A DNA stretch of 64,000 bases from Octopus sinensis (lineage: Eukaryota). Under the pieces are notes generated by a model, which was not told where the DNA came from, did no database searches, and worked only from the letters and a program-made list of their open reading frames with translations. The stretch covers positions 205,654,001 to 205,718,000 of the forward strand of contig NC_042998.1 of assembly GCF_006345805.1 (NCBI RefSeq), written 5' to 3'. The translations under genes and the position numbers were made by a program. Of this stretch, positions 11,460 through 24,497 are shown piece after piece. The stretch's first letter is position 1; the number at the start of each line of letters is the position of its first letter.

Positions 11460-14278
11460 CCTCTGACGAAATAGAAGGGGTAGATATAGCTTCACTTAAT
11501 GTGGAAGACAACTGGAGATTCCTACGGGACAATCTGCTGACAGCCACTGACCAGATCTGTGGATGGAGCAAAGTACCATCTCGACCCAGAGTAACATGGT
11601 GGTGGAACACTGTGGTTGACAGGGCTATTAGACAAAAGAGACAGGCTTGGAAGGACTGGAAGAACGGTGGTAGCAGGGAATTGTATCAGACAGCCAAAGG
11701 GAAGCTAGGAGACAGGTTTATTTAGCCAGAGGGGAAGCGGATAAGAAAAAACTTGCCAATGTTCTGAGCCGTGAGGATGAAAGACTTGAGGTATTTCGTG
11801 TTGCAAGACAGTGTGTGAGAGAGAATCGTGATGTGGTAGGAGAGAAGTGTGTTCGCATGGATGATGGTTCACTTGCGCTAAATGAGGATGCAAAGAGAGA
11901 GGTTTGGAGATGCCACTATGAAAGGTTGCTGAATAAAGAAAATGAATGGATAAAGAAGAGTCTGCCGAATGTTGACCCAACAGAGGGACCAGCTATCCGA
12001 GTTGATAGTTCCGTGGTAGCTAAGGCAATTAGAAGCATGAAGACAGGGAAAGCCCCAGGCCCATCAGGAATTACTGCAGAGATGCTCAAAATATCTGGCA
12101 GTGTCGGCTATAACCTAGTCACCCGTATAGTCAACAGGTGATACACAAAGGGGTCATACCCAATGACTGGTGTAGCAGTATAATAGTCAACTGCTACAAA
12201 GGTAAAGGTGATGCCCTAGATACAAATAACTACAGAGGTATCAAGCTGTTGGATCAGGTAATGAAGGTTACGGAGAGGGTCATAGCCCAACTAATTAGAG
12301 AGAGAGTTAGTTTAGATGAGATGCAGTTTGGGTTTGTCCCAGGGAAAAGCACCACTGATGCTATATTCCTGGTAAGGCAGCTGCAGGAGAAATACCTAGC
12401 CAAAGATAAGCCCCTGTACCTGGCTTTCGTTGACATGGAGAAAGCCTTTGATAGGGTCCCCCGATCCCTCATCTGGTGGTCAATGAGGAAACTAGGGATA
12501 GATGAATGGCTGGTGAGGGCTGTGCAAGTCATGTACAGAGATGCCGTAAGTAAGGTTAGAGTTGGCAGCATGTACACAGAAGAATTCAAGGTAGAGGTTG
12601 GGGTCCACCAGGGTTCAGTACTCAGCCCCCTCCTATTTATCATAGTCCTCCAGGCAATTGTGGAGGAATTCAAGACAGGTTGCCCCTGGGAGCTCCTCTA
12701 TGCTGACGACCTCGCTCTAATCGCTGAGTCACTATCAGAACTGGAGGAGAAGTTCCAGGTGTGGAAGGAGGGTTTAGAATCGAGGGGCCTTAGAGTCAAC
12801 CTAGCTAAAACCAAAGTACTAATAAGTAGAAAGTTAGAAAATCCACAAATATCCTCAGGAAGATGGCCCTGCTCGATCTGTAGAAAAGGTGTAGGTAGAA
12901 ACTCTATAAGATGTACCCAGTGTAAGCTATGGACACATAAGAGGTGCAGCAATGTCAAAGGTAGGCTAACTGGGAAGATAGTTTTTGTATGTGGCAGATG
13001 CTCTGGAGCATTGACCTCCGAAAATCTGCAGAAAACAACTTCTGTCACTTTCCGGGGGAAAAACTAGAAGTAGTTGATAGCTTCCGCTATCTAGGTGACC
13101 AAGTCAGTAGTGGGGGTGGTGTGCGCTGAAAGTGTAACTGCTAGAATAAGAATAGCCTGGGCAAAGTTTAGGGAGCTCTTACCTCTGCTGGTGACTAAAG
13201 GCCTCTCGCTCAGGTAAAAGGCAGACTGTATGATGCATGTGTACGAACAGCTATGCTACATGGCAGTGAAACATGGGCCGTGACTGCTGAGGACATGCGT
13301 AAGCTTGTGAGGAACGAAGCCAGTATGCTCCGATGGATGTGTAATGTCAGTGTACTTACTCGACAGAGCGTTAGTACCTTGAGAGAAAGTGTTGTACCTA
13401 AGAAGCATCAGTTGTTGTGTGCAAGAGAGACGATTGCGCTGGTATGGTCATGTGGCGAGAATGGATGAAGATAGGTGTGTGAGAAAGTGCCAATCCCTAG
13501 CAGTTGAGGGAACCCGTGGAAGAGGTAGACCCAGGAAACCTGGGACGAAGTGGTGAAGCACGACCTTCGGACGTTAGGTCTCACCATGGAAATGACTAGA
13601 GACCGAGACCATGGAAGTATGCTGTGCGTGAGAAGACCCGGCAAGACTAGTGAAGCCATAATCCGTGGCCCCTACCTGGGACGTAGTCAGTCCACCTGTG
13701 CATACCTTCCTTCTTGTGACACTTGTGAAGACCTGTTGAGGCAAAGAGAATCGAATCAAATCAAACAAATCAAATCGAACCAAATCAAAATAGATGAACA
13801 TCAATGGAATTTGTATCCTTGTGGTACCAGTGCCGGTGGCACATAAGAAAACCATCCGAACGTGATCGTAGCCAGTACCGCAACGACTGGCCTCCGTGCT
13901 GAGGGCACATAACAAACACCATCCGAGCGTGGCCGTCCGCCAGCCCCGTCTGGCACCTGTGTCGGTGACACATAAGAAAACACCATCCGAGCGTGGCCGT
14001 CAGCCAGCCTCGTCTGGCACCTGTGTCGGTGGCACATAAAAAACACCATCCGAGCGTGGCGTCTGCCAGCCTCGTCTGGCACCTGTGTCGGTGGCACATA
14101 AAATCACCCACTACACTCTCGGAGTGGTTGGCGTTAGGAAGGGCATCCAGCTGTAGAAACACTGCCAGATCTGACTGGCCTGGTGCAGCCTTCGGGCTTG
14201 CCAGACCCCAGTTGAACCGTCCAACCCATGCTAGCATGGAAAGCGGACGTTAAACGATGATGATGATGATGATGATGA
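11460..14278 (+). mobile_element. 5'-truncated RTE-clade LINE with RT, PHD-like finger, repetitive 3' UTR and (GAT)n tail
   Basis: ORF pieces: KAPGPSGITAEML, NYRGIKLL, QFGFVPGKSTTDAIF, FVDMEKAFDRV, GVHQGSVLSPLLF, LLYADDLAL, WYGHVARM, RGRPRKTW. Ends GGACGTTAAAC(GAT)n. Several frameshifts; no APE domain present. Confidence 0.93.
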
Positions 14279-14536
14279 TACAGATATATATATATATACA
14301 GATATATATACAGATATATATATATATACAGATATATATATATATACATATATATATACAGATATATATACAGATATATATACAGATATATATACAGATA
14401 TATATATATATATATATATACAGATATATATACAGATATATATATATACATACAGTTATATACATATAATATATATATATATATACATATATACATATTA
14501 GCGCGGAAAACGGACGTCGTTAAACGATGATGATGA

Positions 14537-14572
<36 letters not shown>

Positions 14573-14990
14573 ATATATATACATATATAGGTGAATTGAA
14601 GAAATGGAGCTGAACGCAGATTGAACAGAAATCGTTTTATTTCATTCGCGGTTAAACTTTTGATTAATCTACTACAAGATTATTCATCTTTCTATTTCAC
14701 ATAATATATACATATATATATATATCTATATATGTATATATATACATTATATAATATTTATTATAATATATCTATATTATATATCTATATATTATATACA
14801 TAATATATATATATATACATATATATATATGTATACACATATATATATATACATATATATACATGTATATAATATATATATAAAGTTAATCCAAACAAGA
14901 AAACACAGAAAAAAAGAGATAAAAAAAAACACAGCAAACAGGACGTGGAACAATTAAAGTATTATTGACGCTCAGGAAAATGTATATATC

Positions 14991-15025
<35 letters not shown>

Positions 15026-15117
15026 TATATATATATATATATGTATGTATTAGATATATATATATGATGTATATACATATATATATCATATACCACATAT
15101 AATATATATATATATAT

Positions 15118-15318
15118 TCTGTGTCTGTGTTCATCCCCCATAGCTTAACAACCGATGGTGGTGTGTTTATGTCCCCGTAACTTAGAGATTCAGCAAAAGA
15201 GACCGATTGAATAAGTACTCGGCTTACAAAGAATAAATCCTGGGGTCGATTTGCTCAACTAAAGGCGGTGCTCCAGCATGGCCGCAGTCAAATGACTGAA
15301 ACAAGTAAAAGAGTATAT
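15118..15318 (+). mobile_element. Family A SINE, 3' half
   Basis: Matches the tail of the 21953-22346 copy. Confidence 0.8.
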
Positions 15319-15320
15319 AC

Positions 15321-15360
<40 letters not shown>

Positions 15361-15398
15361 TATATATATATATATGTGTGTGTGCATATTTTTTTTCT

Positions 15399-16660
15399 CT
15401 AGTTTCAGCTCAGAGCTACAGCCGTGCTGATGCACCGCCATTTTGTGCTACACTGTTATTGCGAAGAACCTCATCTAATATGTGGCACTTGGTGAAGAAT
15501 GGAGTTTGATACAGCTACCCTCATTTGCACCTCTTGCCGTGAGGTAGGTTCATCTGGGACTCTCAACAGGAAGAGGTCCAGCTTTGATTTAAAAGCCACT
15601 ACATCTACTTTGTGCAATTTCCTCAGACTCTTTGGGAGAATATTAAAAAGCTGTGGGCCCCTGAAACCCAGGCTGTTGCAGAAGCTGGTCCTGAAGCGTG
15701 ATGGCATTGCTGGGATCTTTGGCACTACGGAGTGTCGTCCCGTTCTAGCATTGGTGTAGCTTATAATGCCAAAATTTGGCACAATTCCTTCCAGGATCTT
15801 CCAGACATATATTACTGCATACCTCTCCCGTCTTCTCTCCAGGGAGTAGAGTCTTAGCTGTTTCAAACCTTTCCCAGTAGCTGAGTGTTGCAAAGAGACG
15901 ATCTTCTTTGTGAATCTTCTCTGGATTGCTTCAAGGTCCGCTGTTAATTTTACACTGGTGGGTGACCATAGCTGTGAGCAGTAATCCAGGCGGCTGAGGA
16001 CGAATGTCCGCCAGAGGACCATCATGGTTTCCTTATCTCTGGTTCTGAATGTTCTTAGGATCCACCCGCCAGTCGTCTGCACTTTGTCGCCATCTTGGTA
16101 TTTTGCACTTGGAAGAGGTATCATCACTCATGTCGATACCCAGGTCCCTCACAGACTTAGGCTCTGAGATTGAAATTCCCTGTGGACTGGTGTATCCTGT
16201 AAGTTTAATATTCAGTTTTGGATGCTGTAGCGCAGGCCTGGATTTTTTTCAGCATTAAACTGCATATTATTATCCTCAGCCCATCTGTAATTGAGTCCAA
16301 CTCCTGCTGCAGGTGTGCAACATCGCTGGGGTTCTGTATTTTCCGCAAGACTTTTGTATCGTCTGCATAGCTGGCCAGAGTGGCTATCCGGGCATTTGAG
16401 GGCATATCTGAGCGGGCCACTATAAAAAGCAGTGGTCCCAAGACAGTGCCCTATGGAAGACCGGTCACTATTTGTGTGCTCATAGAGGTGGCTCCATTAA
16501 CCACTACTGACTGACTCCTATCTTTCAGGAAGTCATGCAACCACACTCCAAGTTTTCCAGCTATGCCGAGGTCACGTAGTTTGTGGCATATCATACCATG
16601 ATCCACCTTGTCAAAAGCTTTTGCAAAATCAAGGTAGATTACGTCCACATTTGATTTGTT
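15399..16660 (-). mobile_element. CR1/L2-group LINE fragment (RT to 3' end)
   Basis: [55 protein letters not shown]; frameshifted. Confidence 0.9.
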
Positions 16661-16903
16661 TATATATATGCATATATATTTATATGCATATATATATGTA
16701 TATATATTTATATGCATATATATATATATGTATATATATGCATATATATATGTATATATATATGCATATATATGTATATATATATTTAAAAAATAGGATA
16801 AAATCTTAATAAGAAATCTTAACAAGAAATTATCGAGTAGTTAGCATGACAAACCTCATAAGAGAAAAAAACTGTAAATTTTTTTTCTTTGAAAATATTT
16901 AAT

Positions 16904-17042
16904 TATATTGTATAGAGGGCATTATTACACTTAAATGCCACATGCTAGGAGGGACTCTAAAAGTCATATTTGGTAGTTATGACTTTTAGAGTCCCTCCTA
17001 GCGTGTGGCATTTATGTGTAATAATGCCCTCTATACAATATA
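16904..17042. repeat. Palindromic element, 65-bp arms, 9-nt loop
   Basis: 16904-16968 is the reverse complement of 16978-17042 with 2 mismatches; TA-flanked. Confidence 0.9.
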
Positions 17043-17078
17043 TGTATATATATAATGTATGATATATATGTATGTATG

Positions 17079-17127
<49 letters not shown>

Positions 17128-17439
17128 TATATATATGTATGTATGTCTATATATGTATGTATATATATATATATATGTCTATATATATATATGTATATAT
17201 ATATATGTATGTATGGTATATATATGTATATATATATATGTATATATATATAATGTATGTATATATATGTATAATATATATGTAATATATATATGTATAT
17301 GTGTATATATATTATTATGTATATGTTATATATATTATATGTTATATATATATATGTATATATTATATATGTATCTGTATATATTATAATGTTATATATA
17401 TGTATATATATATATGTATATGTATATATATATATATGG

Positions 17440-17470
<31 letters not shown>

Positions 17471-17743
17471 GTGTATATATATGTATGTATATATATAATA
17501 TGGTATATATATATATGTGTATATATATATATGTGTGTATATATATATATGTGTATATATATATATATATGTGTATATATATATATGTGTGTATATATAT
17601 ATGTGTGTATATATATATGTGTGTATATATTATGTGTATATATATATTTGTGTGTATATATATATATGTGTATATATATATATGTGTATATATATAGGTG
17701 TGTATATATATATATGTTGTATATATATATATGTGTGTATATA

Positions 17744-17774
<31 letters not shown>

Positions 17775-18574
17775 GGTATATATATATATATGCATATGTG
17801 TGTATATATATATATGCATAAATATGTATATATATATGCATATATATATGTATACATATATATGCATATATATATGTATACATATATATGTATACATATA
17901 TATGCATATATATATGTATACATATATATGCATATATATATATGCATATATATATGTATACATATATATATACATATATATGCATATATATATGTATATA
18001 TATACATATGTATTTATATATATGCATATATGTACATGTGTATATATATATGCATATATATATATATATGCATATATATACATATGTATATATATATATG
18101 CATATATATATATGCATATATATGCATATATATATATATGCATATTTATGCATATGTATATATATATGCATATATATACATATGTATATATATATATATG
18201 CATATATATACATATGTATTATATATGTATATGCATATATATACATATGTATATATATATATGCATATATATACATAAGTATATATATATATGCATATAT
18301 ATACATAAGTATATATATATATGCATATATACATAAGTATATATACATAAGTATATACACATATGTGTATATATATATGCATATATATACATATGTGTAT
18401 ATATATATGCATATATATACATACGTATATATATATGCATATATATACATATGTATATATATATGCATATATATATATATGCATATATATACATATGTAT
18501 ATATATATGCATATATATATATATATGCATATATATACATATGTATATATATATGCATATATATACATATGTAT
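17043..18574. repeat. 1.5-kb compound (TA)/(TG)/(GCATATAT) microsatellite
   Basis: Direct inspection; source of the long Y/I/M/H/C ORFs in the track. Confidence 0.95.
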
Positions 18575-19005
18575 TCCTTAGAGCGTAGGCGAGAACAATA
18601 TGCCATAATATACATCTAGAAGATCCTAGAAGGACTTGTCGCAAACTTTGGCATCGAGAGTTACACAAATGCCAGAACTGGGCGCCACTGCATCGTGCCA
18701 GGGACTCCAAATTTGCCATCAAGATGTAGGACAAGATACTGTGATAGCCTGGGCTTCAGAGGCCTACAGCTCTTCAATATCCTCCCAAAGAACCTGAGTT
18801 ACCTGCATGGGCTGGATCTCTTCCTGTCAGGTGTCCCAGATGAACCAACTTCACGGCAGGAGGTGGCAGATAAGGGCAGCTGCATCGAACTCTCTCATGC
18901 ACCAAACGTCAATTGCTAAAAAGCATTTGTGAAGTAAAATCATGTAGCAACACCAAATGGCGGTGCCCCGGCATGGCCACAGCTCTTGAGCAGAAACTAG
19001 ATAAA
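18575..19005 (+). mobile_element. CR1/L2-group LINE 3' fragment
   Basis: [37 protein letters not shown]; homologous to 15399-15850 in the opposite orientation. Confidence 0.85.
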
Positions 19006-19180
19006 ATAATAAAATAAATAAATATGTATATATATATACATATACATGTATACATATATACATATATATATATATTTATTTTATTTTTTAATTTTTATCT
19101 AGTTTCAGCTCACAAGCTGTGGTCATGCTGATGTATATAAATGTATATGTATATATATATATATATACGTATATATATAT

Positions 19181-19927
19181 ATCATCATCATCATCGTTTA
19201 GCATCTGCTTTCCATGCTGGCATGGGTTGGACGGTGCAGCTGGGGTCTGGGAAGCCAGAAGGCTGCACCAGGCCCAGTCTGATCTGGCAATGTTTCTACT
19301 GCTGGATGCCCTTCCTAACGCCAACCACTCCATGAGTGTAGCGGGTGCTTTTTACGTGCCACCTGCACAGGTGCCAGACAAGTCTGGCAAACGGCCACGG
19401 TCGGATGGTGCTTTTTACATGCCACCGGCACGGAAGCCAGTCAGGGCGACACTGGCAACAGCCACGTTTGGATAGTTCTCTTATGTGCCACAAGCACTGA
19501 TATCACAGCGACAATTTCCATTCATGCTGATCGATTTTGATTTTTTGATTTTCACTTGCCTCAACAGGTCTTCACAAGTAGGGTTTTGTGTCCCAAGAAG
19601 GAAAGGTATGCATAAATGGACTGAGGCCATGGGTGATGGTCTCACTTGTCCTGCCGGGTCTTCTCACGCACAGCATACTTCCAAAGGGCTCGGTCTCTTG
19701 TCATTTCCTCGGTGAGACCTAAAGTTCGAAGGTCGTGCTTCACCACCTCATCCCAGGTTTTCCTGGGTCTGCCTCTTCCACAGGTTCCTTCAACCGCTAG
19801 GGTGTGGCAATTTTCACACAACTATCTTCATCCATTCTTACTACGTGTCCATACCAGCGCAAACGTCTCTCTTGCACACCGCAACTGATGCTTCTTAGGT
19901 CCAACTTCTCTCTCAAGGTACTTACTC
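19181..19927 (-). mobile_element. RTE LINE 3' fragment
   Basis: Same C-terminus (GRGRPRKTWDEVVKHDLRTLGLT) and 3' UTR/(GAT)n tail as 11460-14278. Confidence 0.88.
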
Positions 19928-20359
19928 CTTATATATATACGTATATATATATACATATACATATATATATATATATATATATCTATATATATATATATAT
20001 TATATGTAGAAAAATACAAACTGGGACAAGAAACGTTCTTGTCCCAGTTTGTATTTTTTACATATAATATATATAGCGGCGTCCGTACCCTCCTTGGCCT
20101 TATGTAAATATATATATACATACATACATATATATACCTATATATATATATATATATACATATATATATACATATAACATATATATATATATATACCTAT
20201 ATATACATATATACATATATATATATATACATATATATATACCTATATATACATATATACATATATATATATACATTATATATAATACATATATATATAT
20301 ACATATATATATATACATATATATATACATATATATATATATATATTATATATATATAC

Positions 20360-20411
<52 letters not shown>

Positions 20412-20600
20412 CATATATATGTATACATATATATGTATACATATATATGTATACATATATACATATATATATATACATATATATATATACAATATGTATG
20501 TATGTGTGTGTATGTGTGTCTACTTGTGATTGCGTGTGTATGTATGTACATATATATAAATATGTATGTATATATATATGTGTGTGTATGTGTGTGTATA
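19928..20600. repeat. (TA)n/(CATATA)n microsatellite
   Basis: Direct inspection. Confidence 0.95.
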
Positions 20601-20743
20601 GAAATGAGGAACTCAGAAATTCGGATGGTTTTATATTTACAGATATTTATTTGTATATAACATGTTTTTACACATCATATAACTTAACATGTAATATACA
20701 AATGTAAATATAAAACCATCCGAATTTCTGAGTTCCTCATTTC
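20601..20743. repeat. Palindromic element with perfect 41-bp terminal arms
   Basis: GAAATGAGGAACTCAGAAATTCGGATGGTTTTATATTTACA (20601-20641) and its exact reverse complement (20703-20743), plus an inner 17-bp imperfect stem. Confidence 0.9.
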
Positions 20744-20756
20744 TTATATATATATA

Positions 20757-20805
<49 letters not shown>

Positions 20806-20811
20806 ATATGT

Positions 20812-20843
<32 letters not shown>

Positions 20844-21111
20844 TACAAGAGCTTACATAAGGATACTAAAATGATAGCTAATAGAATATTTTGCACTTGT
20901 AACATCTTTTTAAACTTCTAGTTTTTATTCCAGCTCCTGAAGAGGACAAAATTTGTCTATCATGATTCTTTCTTTTCTGATGAATATCGAAGTCCTTTGT
21001 ATAGCAACATGAAAAATAAAAAAAAAAACTGTTTTCCATTCTAAAATCTAATCTCCTCCATTATATGAATATATTTATTTAACTCTGTTTATTAAGTTAA
21101 ATCATATACTA

Positions 21112-21160
<49 letters not shown>

Positions 21161-21753
21161 TATATATATACACACATATAAAATGTCGCTTAGAAATCTG
21201 TACATGCTTGATATTTCTTCTGGGCAGCTCAGACCCTCAGGTCATCCTGTGAAAAAATTTTCCATCCGTATTGGAAAATATTTGTCCAGTGAGTTACTGT
21301 ATACATGAGGTTCGATATACCTGTTATTTCTAGTATGTCTTGTGACCATATACAGACACTGTCGTGTGTCGTTTTTCTCTTACGACTTATAGACGAAATC
21401 TAGAACCACAGTGGTGTTCTCTCATGAAGGTCACTCCAGCCGTGCCCATCCGCTTATTTATAGTGAAATCGAAATATATTTTCTGATGTATCTTGTTGTT
21501 TGATGGAGATTTGCCTTGGTTGCCATTTCTAGCACATAGATGGGCCACGTTGGTGTTCCATGTTCCATTCCTGGGGGTTCGAGATTGGAGGTAGGAAGGT
21601 GTAGTAATTGAAGACAAACACGCACACCTTCCACACACACATAACAACAGTCTGTCTCTTCTATACACACACACACACACACACCATTATGTAATCACTT
21701 CTGTGTGTCGTGCATTATTACCTACCGACTGAATATTGTCTCGCACAGCACTA

Positions 21754-21787
<34 letters not shown>

Positions 21788-21952
21788 GTTCCGTTGGCAG
21801 AATTTATTTCGATCGCTGGATTTTAATACATAAAACTGATCCACCTTTAATCGTCTCGTTTGTGGAAAAAGATCAAATTAAAACTAAATGTTAATTTAGT
21901 AATTAAATTTGTAGGGAGTCATATGATGTGTGTGTGTGTAAATATACAGATA

Positions 21953-22346
21953 GGCGCAGGAGTGGCTGTGTGGTAAGTAGCTTGCTAACCAACCACATGG
22001 TTCCGGGTTCAGTCCCACTGCGTGTCACCTTGGGCAAGTGTCTTCTACTATAGCCTCGGGCCGACCAAAGCCTTGTGAGTGGATTTGGTAGATGGAAACT
22101 GAAAGAAGCCCGTCGTATATATTTATATATATATGTATATATATGCGTGTGTGTGTTTGTCCCCCTATCATTGCTTGACAACCGATGCTGGTGTGTTTAT
22201 GTCCCCGTAACTTAGCGGTTCGGCAAAAGAGAACGATGGAATAAGTACTGGGCTTACAAAAGAATAAGTCCCGGGGTCGAGTTGCTCGATTAAAGGCGGT
22301 GCTCCAGCATGGCCGCAGTGAAATGACTGAAACAAGTAAAAGAGTA
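21953..22346 (+). mobile_element. Full-length family A tRNA-derived SINE
   Basis: A-box-like TGGCTGTGTGG, B-box-like GGGTTCAGTCCC, core CCTTGGGCAAGTGTCTTCT, internal microsatellite, tail GGCGGTGCTCCAGCATGGCCGCAGT...GTAAAAGAGTA. At least ten copies in the window. Confidence 0.9.
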
Positions 22347-22457
22347 TAGATAAGTGTGTGTGTGTGTTGTTTACATCCTGTGACTGCTATATAAAATGTT
22401 TATTTCGTGTATAGCCTAATAGTGTATATAGTTTCTATAATTTCTAGTCCTCTGTGA

Positions 22458-22495
<38 letters not shown>

Positions 22496-24176
22496 ACACA
22501 CTTTATAATATCAATGACTGTGTTTCTGTCTAATTTGCAAGCGAAGAGCGGCGAGATATTTCCTCAATGCTGGCAACAGCCATGTCTCAAATCCGTCGGA
22601 GCTGCATCGCCTTTGCACTCTTAAGGACATCGTTTTGTACTCTTATAGATTCACAGGGTTTCGCTTTGTTTTATATCTAAGTGCGTATGTATCTACCTAA
22701 GTATATACGTTTATATGTATGTATCTACCTAAGTATGTACGTTTATATGTATGTATCTACCTAAGTATATACGTATGTACGTACTTATATATGTATGCAT
22801 GTACGTACGTATGCATATCCGTACGTACGTACGTATGTATGTACATACATACATATGTATGTATGTGTAGGATGTATGTATGTATGTACGTACGTACGTA
22901 TGTATGTATATGTATATATATATGCTCGTGTGCATGCGTCGCTTTGCACTCTTCTACTTGCATCGCTTTGCACTTTTATACACACATCTGGTCTCCAATT
23001 GTTGTGCATATTACATAAACCATATTGCTCTGTTATATAATCGTACTGTCTCTTTCACCGTTTCGTGTATTAGTAGTACATCGTTTTCTACTGCGATTCA
23101 CGTCTATCCACACACACACACACACGCACCGACCGCCTTGCACTTTAATGTGGCTCAGCCGAAGACATTATTGTTACATTTCAATTATTTCATAGCTACC
23201 ATTGAAATACCAACTAATAATAATAACAATGACGATTTCTTTTATTGGCCCCGAGGGCCCCGAGACATGGCGAACAACATCAAACGATGGTGATGTTGAT
23301 TGTTTTCGAATTAGTCCCAAAGCCAGCAATTTTTGAGGAGACGGCTTCGTCGATACCATTTGATGTGTGTTGAGAGATTCCTGTCCCGAAGTTGAAGACG
23401 ACTTCGATATTGGCGATTTTAGGGTCAACTTAAAAGTGCAGCCCTGGGGGTCGATGGAACTGACTTGTCACCCCTCCGCAAAATATGTCAGCCCCATTAC
23501 TATTATTATTATTATTATTACTGTCATGTGGTGTATTGATAATAATTTTACCAGAAAGCTGTGTAAATATGAAACAAAGCCCAAAGAGGATGTATAAAAA
23601 TATATGAGGAAAATGGAAATATCTAAGCGGGGTCGGAGGGGGGGGTGTTGTTGCTCAGTTGCACCTTATGGGAGACATCGAAGTCTGCGAGAAATAATAT
23701 TCTTCCTTCGGTCTCTCAACAGTCGATTGTTTTGAGTATTTTTTTTTTTTACCTTCTTTTAAAGAAAAGCACACATTTGACAATTTAGTCCTTAAAATGT
23801 ACTTGGATGGGCACGGCTGCAATGCCTTTAATTATAAACCTAGAACTAACCAACACCTCGTATTCATTTCATGTCCACGTCCCGAAAGGGGAGAATGTTG
23901 TCCCAGACTGGGTTTGAACTGGGAACGTAAAATAATGGAATGTCACACGGCCATCCGTCAGCCAACAGCAATAATAAATTAGAGGCACAAAGCAGTTTTA
24001 GAGGAAGGAGCTAATCGATTTCGGTACTTGACTGATACTTTATTTTATCGACCCCGAAACAATGAGAGGCAAAGTTACCCGCAGCAGAATTTGAACTCGG
24101 AACGTAATGAGTCTGAAGAAATACTGCAAAATATTGAGTCCGAAGCAAATGATCCTGATAGCTTACCCCCTTAAAT

Positions 24177-24312
24177 CAGGGATCCCCAAACTTTTTAGAC
24201 CATCGACCCCTTCATCGATCCCCAGGCATATACAAGAAAATAAACATATCAACCCCTTGAATAGTCCCATCGGTCCCCAGGGGTCGATATCGACTACTTT
24301 GGAGACCCCTTG
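24177..24312. mobile_element. 136-bp hAT MITE
   Basis: 8-bp TSD CCTTAAAT (24169-24176, 24313-24320); TIRs CAGGGATCCCCAAA / TTTGGAGACCCCTTG. Confidence 0.85.
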
Positions 24313-24360
24313 CCTTAAATGATGATGACGATATTTACCACAGGGGCAATAATAATAATC

Positions 24361-24497
24361 ATGGTACTTCACTTATCGACCCCGAAAGGATAAAAAACAA
24401 GATCGACATCGGTGGAATTTGAACTCAGATTGTGCAGATGGACGAAATGCCGCTAAGCATTTTTCCCGGCGTGCTACCGATTCTGCCAGCTCGTCAC
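24361..24497 (-). mobile_element. Family B tRNA-derived SINE
   Basis: Minus strand GAGCTGGCAGAATCGG...GAGTTCAAATTCC...TCCTTTCGGGGTCGATAA. Related copies at about 23990-24165, 26460-26560, 27565-27755, 46660-46790, 46925-47045, 47730-47890 and 52635-52805. Confidence 0.75.

Noticed and set aside
13830-14105. CRISPR-like repeat/spacer appearance (also 8270-8710)
   Set aside because: Eukaryotic context, no unique spacers, no cas genes; these are tandem repeats inside transposons.
17055-18619. Long ORFs up to 407 aa (also 54033-55030, 8129-8680, 11034-11495, 20100-20707)
   Set aside because: Translations of TA/CA/TG microsatellites that lack stop codons; no coding signal.
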